Positions 21,182 through 29,780 of a DNA stretch of 32,000 bases are shown piece by piece. A model generated the notes under the pieces. The model was not told the origin of the DNA and searched no databases. It saw only the letters and a list, made by a program, of their open reading frames with translations. Source of the DNA: Faecalibaculum rodentium (GTDB lineage Bacteria; Bacillota_I; Bacilli_A; Erysipelotrichales; Erysipelotrichaceae). A program made the translations under genes and the position numbers. The DNA is taken from positions 60,001 to 92,000 of the forward strand of contig NZ_CP011391.1 in assembly GCF_001564455.1 (NCBI RefSeq), in the 5' to 3' direction. Position 1 is the first letter of the stretch, and every line of letters begins with the position of its first letter.

Positions 21182-22387
21182 ATGGCGGCTGCAGGCAGGA
21201 TCTGGAAGCAGGCGGCGGGTAGAAATGAGGTTAGTACGAAAAAAATCTGTATCATTACCGGTGCGGCCGGATTTCTGGGAAACAACATTGTCCGTGAACT
21301 GCAGAACCGGCCGGATGTGGAGCTCCGGTGTCTGCTCCTGCCAGAAACATCCCTGGAGTCTTTGCAGGGACTCCGGTATTCTCTGTACTTTGGCAGTGTC
21401 ACGGAACCGGAATCGCTGAAGGAGATTTTCTCGATTCCGTCCGGGGCTTTGCTGTACGTGATTCACTGTGCAGGCATTGTGGACAGAAAACCGGGGTATG
21501 ATCCGAAGGTCTACGCGGTGAATGTCCAGGGAACAGAGATCGTGGCCCGAAAAACCCTGGAAGCCGGCGGACGACTGATCTATATCTCCAGTGTGCATGC
21601 GATGCCCCCGGGTAAGGGCCGGCAGCCGATGCCACCGGCGACGGTGTTTGATCCCGACACAGTCATTGGCCTGTACTCCAAGGCCAAAGCCGAAGCCAGC
21701 CGCCGGGTGCAGGCACTCATGAAGCAGGGACTGGATGCGGTGATCATTCAGCCATCCGGGCTGATTGGACCCAATGACTATGACCATACCAATATGTCTG
21801 AGTTTTTCTGCGAAGCTGCGTCCGGAAAACTGCCGGCCTGTGTAAAGGCAGGGTACAGCTTTGTGGATGTCCGGGATGCTGCGCAGATGATCGTTGCCGC
21901 CTGCACCAGAGGCGTCAGCGGCCAGAGCTACCTGGCGGCGGGTCCCACTGTGTCCATGATGAAGCTGGCTGTCATGGCGGCCCGAATCAGCCATACCCGC
22001 CCCGTGGCTCTGGAGCTGCCCCTGGATGTGGTTCTGGCTGTCACACCTGTCACAGCGCTCTATTACCGCCTGAGCGGGAAAAAGCCGCTGTTTACTGCCT
22101 TTGCCGTACAGACACTGGAAAGTGACTCGAACTTTGATGTGTCAAAGTCTGTGGAAGACCTGGGATTTTCCTGTCGTCCCCTGAAGGAAACCGTGACAGA
22201 CATCATCCGGTTCCAGCAGGGCATCTTCCGCCTGGACGCAGATGCCATCCTGACCCCCCAGGGTCCGGTCAGGGAAAAAAACGGAAAATCGGTCTGGACA
22301 AAGACAGCCCTGGCCGCAGCCGCGGTTCCGGCAGCCGCCTGGCTGATGGCCGGTCGCCGCAGAAAGTCCGGCCGGTCGCGCAGATGA
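21182..22387 (+). CDS. NAD-dependent epimerase/dehydratase (extended SDR) family protein with a C-terminal hydrophobic/basic tail; start uncertain
   Basis: Rossmann motif KKICIITGAAGFLGNNIV from about 21239, and YSKAKAEA (YxxxK). The C-terminus is ALAAAAVPAAAWLMAGRRRKSGRSRR. The in-frame ATGs at 21122 and 21182 both lack an SD (see the A7 finding). Confidence 0.75.
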   Translation: MAAAGRIWKQAAGRNEVSTKKICIITGAAGFLGNNIVRELQNRPDVELRCLLLPETSLESLQGLRYSLYFGSVTEPESLKEIFSIPSGALLYVIHCAGIVDRKPGYDPKVYAVNVQGTEIVARKTLEAGGRLIYISSVHAMPPGKGRQPMPPATVFDPDTVIGLYSKAKAEASRRVQALMKQGLDAVIIQPSGLIGPNDYDHTNMSEFFCEAASGKLPACVKAGYSFVDVRDAAQMIVAACTRGVSGQSYLAAGPTVSMMKLAVMAARISHTRPVALELPLDVVLAVTPVTALYYRLSGKKPLFTAFAVQTLESDSNFDVSKSVEDLGFSCRPLKETVTDIIRFQQGIFRLDADAILTPQGPVREKNGKSVWTKTALAAAAVPAAAWLMAGRRRKSGRSRR

Positions 22388-22515
22388 ACGACCATCTGGA
22401 AGAGCATCAGCCCGGGTGGGTGTAATCGCAGCCGGACAGTGGTCTGGAAAGTGTTCCCGATGGTGATGCCCCCCGGGATTGGGTACAATGGACCCAAAGA
22501 TTGTGAAGTGAAATC

Positions 22516-23676
22516 ATGAACAAACACAGAATCCCCTGGACGCTCATCCTGGTACTGGTGGCAGCGGTCCTCTTCATCCTGAATTTCCCTGCGGTCCTCA
22601 AATGGATCGGCCTGCTCTGGAATGCCGCCCTTCCGCTGATTCTCGGCGGCTGTCTGGCATTTGTCCTGAATCTGATCATGGATCCCATGGAGCACTGGTT
22701 CAGGCGGTACAGTCCGGCTTTCGAAAAAAAGGCCAGGCCACTGGCCATCACCATTTCCCTGTTCATCTTCCTGGGCATCATCACCCTGCTGTGCATCCTG
22801 GTGCTCCCGCAGCTGGTGGAGAGCATTCAGCTGCTGGTGAAAACCATCCCCGGCTATGTGAAGGATCTGCAGGTCTTTCTGTCGAATCTCTTCAAGGACC
22901 ATCCCCAGATTGCGGACTCCATCAACAGCCTGAACATTGACTGGAACTCCATGTTCCAGAAAATCACGGGCTTTCTCTCCAGCGGCGTGCAGGGAGCGCT
23001 GAATTCCGCCTTCAGTGTCGTCACCAGCATTACCAGTGCAACGATCAACAGCATCATCATGCTGATTTTTGCCATCTATATCCTCGCCGACAAGGAACGG
23101 TTTGTCCGGATCTACCACAGACTCTGTTCGCTGTACCTGACGAAGGAAAAAGAAGCCCGCCTCACACACATTCTGGTGACTTTTGACAGCTCATTCCGGT
23201 CCTTTGTCATTGGACAGTGCACCGATGCCCTGATCCTGGGGACCATGTGCACAGTCGGCATGTGGATTTTCCGGCTCCCCTACGCGCCGATGATCGGCAC
23301 ACTCGTGGGGGTCACGAACATCATTCCCATGATCGGTGCCTTCATAGGCGGCGGCATCGGCTGTTTCCTGGTATTCACGGTATCTCCCATGAAAGCGCTG
23401 GTGTTCCTGATTTTCCTGTGTGTTATCCAGCAGTTTGAATCCAATGTGATTTATCCCAGGATCGTGGGCAATTCCGTGGGACTCCCTGGCATTTTTGTGA
23501 CGATGGTCATCGTCATCGGTGGTGCCCTGGCGGGTGTGGCCGGTATGGTCATGGGCATTCCCATTGCGGCAGCTGTCTACAAACTGGTTTCTCAGTACTT
23601 TGTGAGAAAGGAAATCGAAGCAGGACTGCGGCCCTCGGGTGCCGGGGAGGACATGGCGGATTCGTCCGCAGCCTGA
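22516..23676 (+). CDS. AI-2E family transporter (PerM/UPF0118)
   Basis: About 8 TM segments. The C-terminal region ..NIIPMIGAFIGGGIG..IQQFESNVIYPRIVGNSVGLPG.. is characteristic of the family. 386 aa. Confidence 0.85.
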   Translation: MNKHRIPWTLILVLVAAVLFILNFPAVLKWIGLLWNAALPLILGGCLAFVLNLIMDPMEHWFRRYSPAFEKKARPLAITISLFIFLGIITLLCILVLPQLVESIQLLVKTIPGYVKDLQVFLSNLFKDHPQIADSINSLNIDWNSMFQKITGFLSSGVQGALNSAFSVVTSITSATINSIIMLIFAIYILADKERFVRIYHRLCSLYLTKEKEARLTHILVTFDSSFRSFVIGQCTDALILGTMCTVGMWIFRLPYAPMIGTLVGVTNIIPMIGAFIGGGIGCFLVFTVSPMKALVFLIFLCVIQQFESNVIYPRIVGNSVGLPGIFVTMVIVIGGALAGVAGMVMGIPIAAAVYKLVSQYFVRKEIEAGLRPSGAGEDMADSSAA

Positions 23677-23751
23677 GGTTCCATGTTTCCGGTTCCTGTG
23701 TGACAATTGACTCCCTGTTGTATAATAAAGTGTACGACAGGGGGTTTTCTT

Positions 23752-25131
23752 ATGTTCGATGAACTGCATGAAGAATGCGGTGTGTTCGGGTGCTATCACA
23801 TTCCGGATGCCGCCAGCATGACATACTATGGCCTGCACTCCCTGCAGCACAGGGGACAGGAAGCCAGCGGTATCGCCGCAGAGCATGACGGAGAGATCAC
23901 CGTGCTCAAGGGCCGGGGCCTGACAGTGGATGTGTTCCGCAAACCGGAGCTGGCATCCCTGGAGGGTGTCAACGCCATAGGGCATGTGCGGTACAGCACC
24001 GCCGGGGGTGCCGAGGCGGCGAACATTCAGCCCATTGTCTCGCACAGCAGCCGGCTGGGGGACGTGGCGGTAGCTCACAATGGCCAGATCGTGAACGAGA
24101 AGGAACTCCGTCGCGAGCTGGAGGAAAAGGGTGCGATTTTCCAGGGGACCAGTGATTCCGAGGTCATTCTGCATCTGATCCGGATGGAGGAGGGAACCCT
24201 GGAGGAACGGGTAAAGAAAGCCGCAGCCAGACTGGAAGGCGCGTTTGCGGTTCTCGTGGAAGGAGAAGGAAAGCTGTTTGCCTTCCGTGACACCCATGGC
24301 CTGCGTCCTCTTTCGACAGCAAGATTCCAGGACGGCTGGATGGTTTCCAGTGAGACCTGTGCCTTTGAAGTCATGGGAATTTATGACAGCGAAACGGTGC
24401 CGGCGGGCGGGTTCTGCACCTTTGAGGACGGCATCCTGCGGCGGTCCAGCTACCGGGAAGCGGATGCACCCCGGGTCTGTGCCATGGAATACATCTATTT
24501 TGCCCGGCCCGACAGTGTGATCGAGGACGTGAACGTCCACAAGTTCCGGAAGGAAACCGGACGGATTCTGGCCACCGGCGATGATGTACAGGCGGATGTC
24601 GTCATTGGGGTCCCGGACTCCAGCCTGTCTGCAGCCATCGGGTATTCCGAGGCCAGCGGGCTGCCCTTTGAAACGGGTCTGGTGAAAAACCGCTATGTGG
24701 GCCGGACATTCATTCAGCCGACGCAGGAAATGCGGGACAGGGGTGTGCGCATGAAGCTCTCCCCGGTGAAGGAAGCCGTGGAGGGAAAGTCCGTGATCAT
24801 GATCGATGACAGCATCGTGCGCGGAACCACCAGCCGGCGCATCGTCCGTCTCCTGCGGGAAGCGGGGGCCCGTGAGATCCATGTGCGGATCGCCAGTCCG
24901 GTGCTGAAGCTGCCCTGTTTCTATGGGGTGGACATCAGCACGAAGGAGGAGCTGATCGGGCACAGAATGACCGTGGAGGAAATCCGGGAATATCTGGAGG
25001 CAGATTCCCTGAGGTTCATGACGCCGGAGCAGCTGCGGTTTGCGGCAGGCACTGCCGGGCTTTGCACAGCCTGCTTTGACGGCAGCTATTGTACGGATTT
25101 GTACAGCTACAGCGAGGTCCTGAGCAACTGA
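23752..25131 (+). CDS. purF: Amidophosphoribosyltransferase
   Basis: MFDELHEECGVFG has the N-terminal nucleophile Cys. Also ..LQHRGQEASGIA.., the PRPP-binding IMIDDSIVRGTT motif and C-terminal Cys residues. 459 aa. SD GGGGG. Confidence 0.95.
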   Translation: MFDELHEECGVFGCYHIPDAASMTYYGLHSLQHRGQEASGIAAEHDGEITVLKGRGLTVDVFRKPELASLEGVNAIGHVRYSTAGGAEAANIQPIVSHSSRLGDVAVAHNGQIVNEKELRRELEEKGAIFQGTSDSEVILHLIRMEEGTLEERVKKAAARLEGAFAVLVEGEGKLFAFRDTHGLRPLSTARFQDGWMVSSETCAFEVMGIYDSETVPAGGFCTFEDGILRRSSYREADAPRVCAMEYIYFARPDSVIEDVNVHKFRKETGRILATGDDVQADVVIGVPDSSLSAAIGYSEASGLPFETGLVKNRYVGRTFIQPTQEMRDRGVRMKLSPVKEAVEGKSVIMIDDSIVRGTTSRRIVRLLREAGAREIHVRIASPVLKLPCFYGVDISTKEELIGHRMTVEEIREYLEADSLRFMTPEQLRFAAGTAGLCTACFDGSYCTDLYSYSEVLSN

Positions 25132-25190
25132 GAAGGGAGCCGGGAACCAACGCGGTATGATGAAGACGTAAAAGAATGGAGGAAATTCCA

Positions 25191-25508
25191 ATGATCAAGC
25201 AAGTAGAAAGCGTGGAAAGCTTTAAGAAAATTGTAGAAGAGCCCGCAGTGCTCATGGACTTTTTCGCCACCTGGTGTGGTCCCTGTAAAATGCTGCACCC
25301 CGTACTGGAGTCAGTATCCGAAAAGGTGGAAGGCGTCACAGTTGCCCAGTGCGACATCGACAAGTTCCCGGAAATTGCTGCAGCCTTCAAGGTGCAGAGT
25401 GTTCCGACGCTGTTCTTCTTCAAGAACGGCACCCCGGTTGCCGCAACAGCCGGATTCCAGCCGGAACCCCAGCTGATGCAGTTCATTCAGCAGGCACAGG
25501 CAAAGTAA
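25191..25508 (+). CDS. trxA: Thioredoxin
   Basis: Has the WCGPC active site and ..VQSVPTLFFFKNG.. . The start at 25191 is preferred because GGAGG (25178-25182) lies 8 nt upstream. An alternative ATG is at 25176. Confidence 0.92.
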   Translation: MIKQVESVESFKKIVEEPAVLMDFFATWCGPCKMLHPVLESVSEKVEGVTVAQCDIDKFPEIAAAFKVQSVPTLFFFKNGTPVAATAGFQPEPQLMQFIQQAQAK

Positions 25509-25534
25509 GGCAATTGTCTCACAGAGACACGAAA

Positions 25535-25566
25535 GCCGCCGGTTTTTATGACCCGGCGGTTTTTTG
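25535..25566 (+). terminator. Rho-independent terminator after trxA
   Basis: CCGCCGG (25536-25542) pairs with CCGGCGG (25553-25559), followed by TTTTTT. Confidence 0.8.
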
Positions 25567-25958
25567 CGTACTGTGCAACGGGAACAGGAGGTTGCTGTCC
25601 TGTTCTCCGGAACCCGGAAGAGGTCAGACCCGGGAATCTTGCGCAGGAAGGAACCACTGTCACAATTCCGCCATTTTCCGGCAGGTTCAGCCAAAAACGA
25701 AAAGGATCCGGAGCAAAAAGACGAAGATTTGCACGTTTCGTTCAAAATTACAAATTAAGTTACGGAAGAGGTCTGCGGAGGTTGCGACAGAAAAATCAAA
25801 TAAAACCGTATGCTGTATGCAGAATCAGGATTGTCTGTGTGTCAATCCGAAATGTATGTGCGGAAATTCAATTGTTCGATTATACTGATAAATGAAAGGC
25901 GCATGTCAGAATTATGTTTTAAAGCAGTTTTGTAAATCTGAATTCTGGAGGTGAATGC

Positions 25959-26507
25959 ATGGAATATGGATATATGCTGCGGAAAAACGGTGAGTCGGTG
26001 GAGCCGTTCTGCGAGGGGGAAATCTACAGTGACTTGTATGGAGACACCGGGTACCCTTCCCTGAGGGAACTGCTGGATGTGGTGGAAACCGGGGACAGAG
26101 TCACGCTTCCTTCCATTTATGTCCTGGGCCACAACCTGTCACAGGTCTGCCTGAACTGGCAGACACTGAAGGAAAAGGACGTGGATGTGCACGTCCTGGA
26201 TTTTCCTTTTGCTGTTGAAAATCCCCAGGCTTTCTGCCGCATTCTTTCTTACCTGAATGATTCAGCCGCAGTATCCCGGAAGGAGCGAAAGCTGTCCGGT
26301 CTCAACGGTGTGAAAGCCCGGGGCATCCGTCTGGGCAGACGGCCTCTGGGAATGCCCGAGGCCTTTGAATCTCTGTATGCCGAGTACAAGAAAGGGAACA
26401 TCTCCTGCCGGGAAGCTGCCCGGCAGCTGGATATCTCCCATACGACCTTCCTGCGCTGGGGCCGTGATCTGGATGCCAGACTGTGGGAAGAAGAGACAGG
26501 AGAATGA
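25959..26507 (+). CDS. Serine-recombinase-like protein lacking the catalytic residues (resolvase fold plus C-terminal HTH), probably a DNA-binding protein only
   Basis: It aligns along its whole length with the 14810-15406 recombinase: MEYGYMLRKNGES vs MTIYGYARVSSRDQ; GDRVTLPSIYVLGHN vs GDTIVVHSLDRLGRS; VKARGIRLGRRP vs AKARGIHFGNPG; an HTH is present. SD GGAGG lies 7 nt upstream. 182 aa. Confidence 0.75.
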   Translation: MEYGYMLRKNGESVEPFCEGEIYSDLYGDTGYPSLRELLDVVETGDRVTLPSIYVLGHNLSQVCLNWQTLKEKDVDVHVLDFPFAVENPQAFCRILSYLNDSAAVSRKERKLSGLNGVKARGIRLGRRPLGMPEAFESLYAEYKKGNISCREAARQLDISHTTFLRWGRDLDARLWEEETGE

Positions 26508-26512
26508 CACAG

Positions 26513-26559
26513 ACCGGATCTGCCGGTGACGGAAACAGTCACGGCAGATCCGGTTTTTT
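26513..26559 (+). terminator. Rho-independent terminator (long perfect hairpin)
   Basis: CCGGATCTGCCGGTGAC (26514-26530) pairs with GTCACGGCAGATCCGG (26538-26553), followed by TTTTTT. Confidence 0.85.
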
Positions 26560-26652
26560 CAGATTCTCCACCAGATCCTCTGCGGTGTCTTCCTGTGCAG
26601 CATCCCGGGGCATATCATCTGCCCGATCCCGCACCGGTGTTACACTGATGGC

Positions 26653-28020
26653 ATGAATACACAGAACATCAGGGAAATCACAGACGGCCAGCGGGCATTC
26701 TTTGCCACCGAACAGACGCTGGATGTATCCTTCCGCAAACGCCAGCTGGCCCGCCTGGAGGCAGCAGTGTATGCCTGGCAGCCAGAGATTGAACAGGCCC
26801 TCTTCCAGGACCTGGGAAAAGACGCCACCGAGAGCTGGATGACGGAAATCGGCATGGTGCTTTCGGAGATCCGGTATCAGCGCCGGCATCTCGAGGAATT
26901 CGCACGGGAAAGCTGCGTCCCGACACCTCTGGCGAACTTCTATGCCCGCAGCCGGATCGTGAAAATGCCCTATGGAACGGTTCTGGTGATGAGTCCCTGG
27001 AACTATCCGTTCCTGCTCTCCATGCAGCCCCTTGTGGAGGCACTCGCCGCCGGCAATACCGTTGTGCTCAAACCCGGCAGTGCCAGCAGCCATACCTCAC
27101 AGGTCATGGCAGACATGCTCGCCAGCGTGTTTCCCTCCAGCTATGTGGCGGTGATCCAGGGCGGTCATGCGGAAAACAGCGCGCTGCTGGCCCAGAAATT
27201 TGACTACATTTTCTTTACCGGCAGCCGGCATGTCGGACAGGTGGTGCTGGAGGCAGCCGCAAAATACGTGACACCGGTCACACTGGAACTCGGCGGCAAG
27301 AGTCCGGCAATCGTTGACGAAACAGCTGACATTGCCCTGAGTGCCCGCCGCATTCTCTGGGGCAAGGCCCTCAATGCCGGCCAGACCTGCGTTGCACCGG
27401 ACTATGTGCTGGTGCATGAAAGCGTGAAGGATGGACTGGTCAGGCAGCTGCGGCACGAAGCCAACATTCAGGTCAATGCCGATGCGAAAATCATCACCGA
27501 AAAGGCCTTCGCGAGGCTCTCCGGACTGATCGAAGCGGAAGAGAAACTGGGGCGTCCAGTGTATTCCAGGGGACGGGAGTATCCGAAAATCGGCATGACG
27601 ATCGTGGATGATGTGCAGTGGAGCGACCCGGTGATGGACCAGGAGATCTTTGGCCCGATCCTGCCGGTTCTCACATATTCAGACTGGGAAACGGATGTGG
27701 TGCAGAAAATGAAGGATCTGCCGCATCCCCTGGCCTGCTATCTGTTTTCCCGGAACCATGGGCATATCCAGTGGATGAAGACCAGGATGCAGTTTGGCGG
27801 CGGATGTGTGAATGACACGGTGATCCAGCTGGCCAGTGACCGGCTGCCCTTTGGCGGTGTGGGAGATTCCGGCATGGGACAGTACCACGGCAAATTCGGA
27901 TTTGACACCTTTACACACCTCAAGAGTGTGGTGGAAAAGGGTCTCTGGATCGATGTGCCTGTCAGATACCGGCCATTTACCACGAGGGCAGAAAAACTCA
28001 TTCGCAGACTCATGAAGTGA
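26653..28020 (+). CDS. Aldehyde dehydrogenase (class-3-like, NAD(P)+)
   Basis: Has SPWNYPF, ELGGKSP and the catalytic-Cys motif NAGQTCVAPDY, plus EIFGPILP. 455 aa. No obvious SD. Confidence 0.9.
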   Translation: MNTQNIREITDGQRAFFATEQTLDVSFRKRQLARLEAAVYAWQPEIEQALFQDLGKDATESWMTEIGMVLSEIRYQRRHLEEFARESCVPTPLANFYARSRIVKMPYGTVLVMSPWNYPFLLSMQPLVEALAAGNTVVLKPGSASSHTSQVMADMLASVFPSSYVAVIQGGHAENSALLAQKFDYIFFTGSRHVGQVVLEAAAKYVTPVTLELGGKSPAIVDETADIALSARRILWGKALNAGQTCVAPDYVLVHESVKDGLVRQLRHEANIQVNADAKIITEKAFARLSGLIEAEEKLGRPVYSRGREYPKIGMTIVDDVQWSDPVMDQEIFGPILPVLTYSDWETDVVQKMKDLPHPLACYLFSRNHGHIQWMKTRMQFGGGCVNDTVIQLASDRLPFGGVGDSGMGQYHGKFGFDTFTHLKSVVEKGLWIDVPVRYRPFTTRAEKLIRRLMK

Positions 28021-28156
28021 TGCCGGCATGATGCATCGGGAAACCGGGGCGATGCAGTCTGTCTGCCGGTCCGGTTTTTTCAATGATTCCGCTTTATCCC
28101 GCACACGGCGTATAATGAAGCCATTGAACCGAAAGTGCAGGGAGGGAACAGCGACG

Positions 28157-28651
28157 ATGATTGAAATCATGGAATGCACCAACAATGCGATGCTGGAGGA
28201 AACGGCTGCTCTGGCTGCGGAAATCTGGCATGAGTATTTCAGCAGCCTGCTGACACCGGACCAGATCGACTACATGGTGGAAAAGTTTCAGAGCAGCGAG
28301 GCAATGAAGCGCCAGGTGGAAACGGAACAGTATGGCTACTGGCAGGTCAGGCAGGATGGGACCCTGATTGGCTACATCGGCCTCCAGTTCCAGAAAGACC
28401 GTCTGTTTCTGTCGAAACTCTACCTCCGGCAGGAAAGCCGCGGACAGGGGATCGCCAGCCGGATGCTGGAAAAGGTGTACGACACAGCGCGGGAGTTCGG
28501 ATACGACAGACTCTGGCTCACCTGCAACAAGCACAATCGTCACAGTCTGGATGTATATGCAGCCAAGGGATTTGTGTGCATTGGCGAAGACGTGACGGAC
28601 ATCGGTCAGGGATATGTCATGGATGATTATTTTCTGGAAAAAACCCTGTGA
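28157..28651 (+). CDS. GNAT-family N-acetyltransferase
   Basis: Acetyl-CoA motif LRQESRGQGIASRMLEKV, followed by ..LWLTCNKHNRHSLDVYAAKGF.. . SD GGAGGG at 28141. 164 aa. Confidence 0.85.
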   Translation: MIEIMECTNNAMLEETAALAAEIWHEYFSSLLTPDQIDYMVEKFQSSEAMKRQVETEQYGYWQVRQDGTLIGYIGLQFQKDRLFLSKLYLRQESRGQGIASRMLEKVYDTAREFGYDRLWLTCNKHNRHSLDVYAAKGFVCIGEDVTDIGQGYVMDDYFLEKTL

Positions 28652-28669
28652 ACCAAAGAACAGCATGCG

Positions 28670-28711
28670 GGCAGAAACCACACGGTTCCTGTCCGTTTTT
28701 TTTTTTTTTTT
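28670..28711 (+). terminator. Rho-independent terminator after the GNAT gene, with an unusually long T16 tail
   Basis: CGGGCAG (28670-28676) pairs with CTGTCCG (28689-28695), with an inner AAC/GTT helix, followed by 16 consecutive T. Confidence 0.75.
28696..28711 (+). repeat. Homopolymeric T16 tract
   Basis: 16 uninterrupted T counted directly in the sequence, 28696-28711. Confidence 0.95.
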
Positions 28712-28854
28712 CAGCTTCAGGCATTGTCCCGTGACGGAACGCAGACCCACAGAAAAAGGGAATTCAAGACATTGATATTGATAAAAGATACAATTCTATA
28801 ATATTCGTACATGAATAATGCGCTATAATAAGAACAGCTGAAAGGAGACAGACA

Positions 28855-29538
28855 ATGAAAACACTCAGAACAATTCTCCTGAGTGCGGCGGTTGTCCTGT
28901 CTGCCATCCAACTTATGCCGGCCCTGCCGGTGTTCGCGGCGGAAACCTCGGCCCAGGCTCCGATCATGGCCCAGGCCCAGCAGACCGGATCTGCGATCGA
29001 CAAACTCAGTGGAGGTGCCACCTTCAAGGTGCCGGACTCCGTTCCGGTTTCGCCTGGTGAAGGATCACCGACCGCTGAGCCCGAACCCGCGCTGCCGTCC
29101 CTGCAGCCGGATTTCTCCAATGCGGCGGTCTGGAAAGACTCGCCGTCTCCCTACAACACCCCGGGGCTCTGGGGCCAGTGCACCTGGTTTGCCTGGAGCC
29201 GGTTCATGGAACTCTACGGCTATGATCCGGGGTTCCGTGGCAACGGGTACGAATGTGTGGATCAGCTTCTGGCCGCACATCCGGATGCATTCACCAGAAG
29301 CGACACCCCGGTAGCCGGATCCATGTTTTCCAGCTACAATCACGTGGGGTTCATCCTGAAGGTTGACGGTGACGTCTGGACCATTCAGGATGGCAATCAG
29401 GATCTGGTTTCCAATCCCGACTGGGAGGAAGCCATCCGGGACTGGCGGACAGTGACGATGACCCGGGACGAATTCGTTTCTCAGGTGGGAACGGTATGGT
29501 TCGCCAATCCGGTGAATCCCGTCACATTCAGCGAATAA
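28855..29538 (+). CDS. Secreted CHAP-domain peptidoglycan hydrolase (amidase/endopeptidase)
   Basis: Signal peptide MKTLRTILLSAAVVLSAIQLMPALPVFA/AE. CHAP catalytic Cys in WGQCTWFAW and His in YNHVGFI. SD AAAGGAG. 227 aa. An AT-rich upstream region carries two TATAAT boxes (28797-28802, 28824-28829). Confidence 0.85.
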   Translation: MKTLRTILLSAAVVLSAIQLMPALPVFAAETSAQAPIMAQAQQTGSAIDKLSGGATFKVPDSVPVSPGEGSPTAEPEPALPSLQPDFSNAAVWKDSPSPYNTPGLWGQCTWFAWSRFMELYGYDPGFRGNGYECVDQLLAAHPDAFTRSDTPVAGSMFSSYNHVGFILKVDGDVWTIQDGNQDLVSNPDWEEAIRDWRTVTMTRDEFVSQVGTVWFANPVNPVTFSE

Positions 29539-29558
29539 ACACAAATCAGAACACAGCA

Positions 29559-29590
29559 GGCGAAGGATTCAGACAGTCCTTCGCCTTTTT
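29559..29590 (+). terminator. Rho-independent terminator after the CHAP gene
   Basis: GGCGAAGGA (29559-29567) pairs with TCCTTCGCC (29577-29585), followed by TTTTT. Confidence 0.85.
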
Positions 29591-29780
29591 CCTTTGCGGT
29601 TTCTTCCGCCAGAGACACAGTCTTTTGACCTCTGACAGCCTGACAGCAGACCGGAGATCCGGGAGACCGGGCAGATTTGACGGAATCAGACGGCTGTGCC
29701 ACACTGCAGACATGAAATACACAATACTGGAAACCCTCAGCGATACGCTAGCTCATGTGAAAACCGCTGAAGGAGATTAT

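Noticed and set aside
23700-23726. A promoter call for purF (gTGACA ... TATAAT 23721-23726, or TTGACT 23707-23712)
   Set aside because: The -10 is perfect, but the spacers to the candidate -35 boxes are 15 nt and 8 nt. I could not settle on a defensible -35, so it is not listed as a feature.
23191-25191. A 666-aa minus-strand ORF, plus similar long antisense ORFs (18130-19365, 19926-21011, 20963-21994, 22063-23169, 11256-12380, 9969-10778, 26539-27093)
   Set aside because: Each is antisense to a gene with unambiguous family motifs (purF, purD, fhs, SDR, AI-2E, uvrA, ALDH). Their compositions are Arg/Gly/His/Pro-rich and I recognise no domain.
25610-25665. GGTCAGACCCGGGAA...CAGGAAGGAACC, reminiscent of the SRP RNA domain IV wording (GUCAGGUCCGGAAGGAAGCAGC)
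   Set aside because: The conserved GGAAGCAGC tetraloop context and the long closing helix are absent. The similarity is limited to a few purine-rich words.
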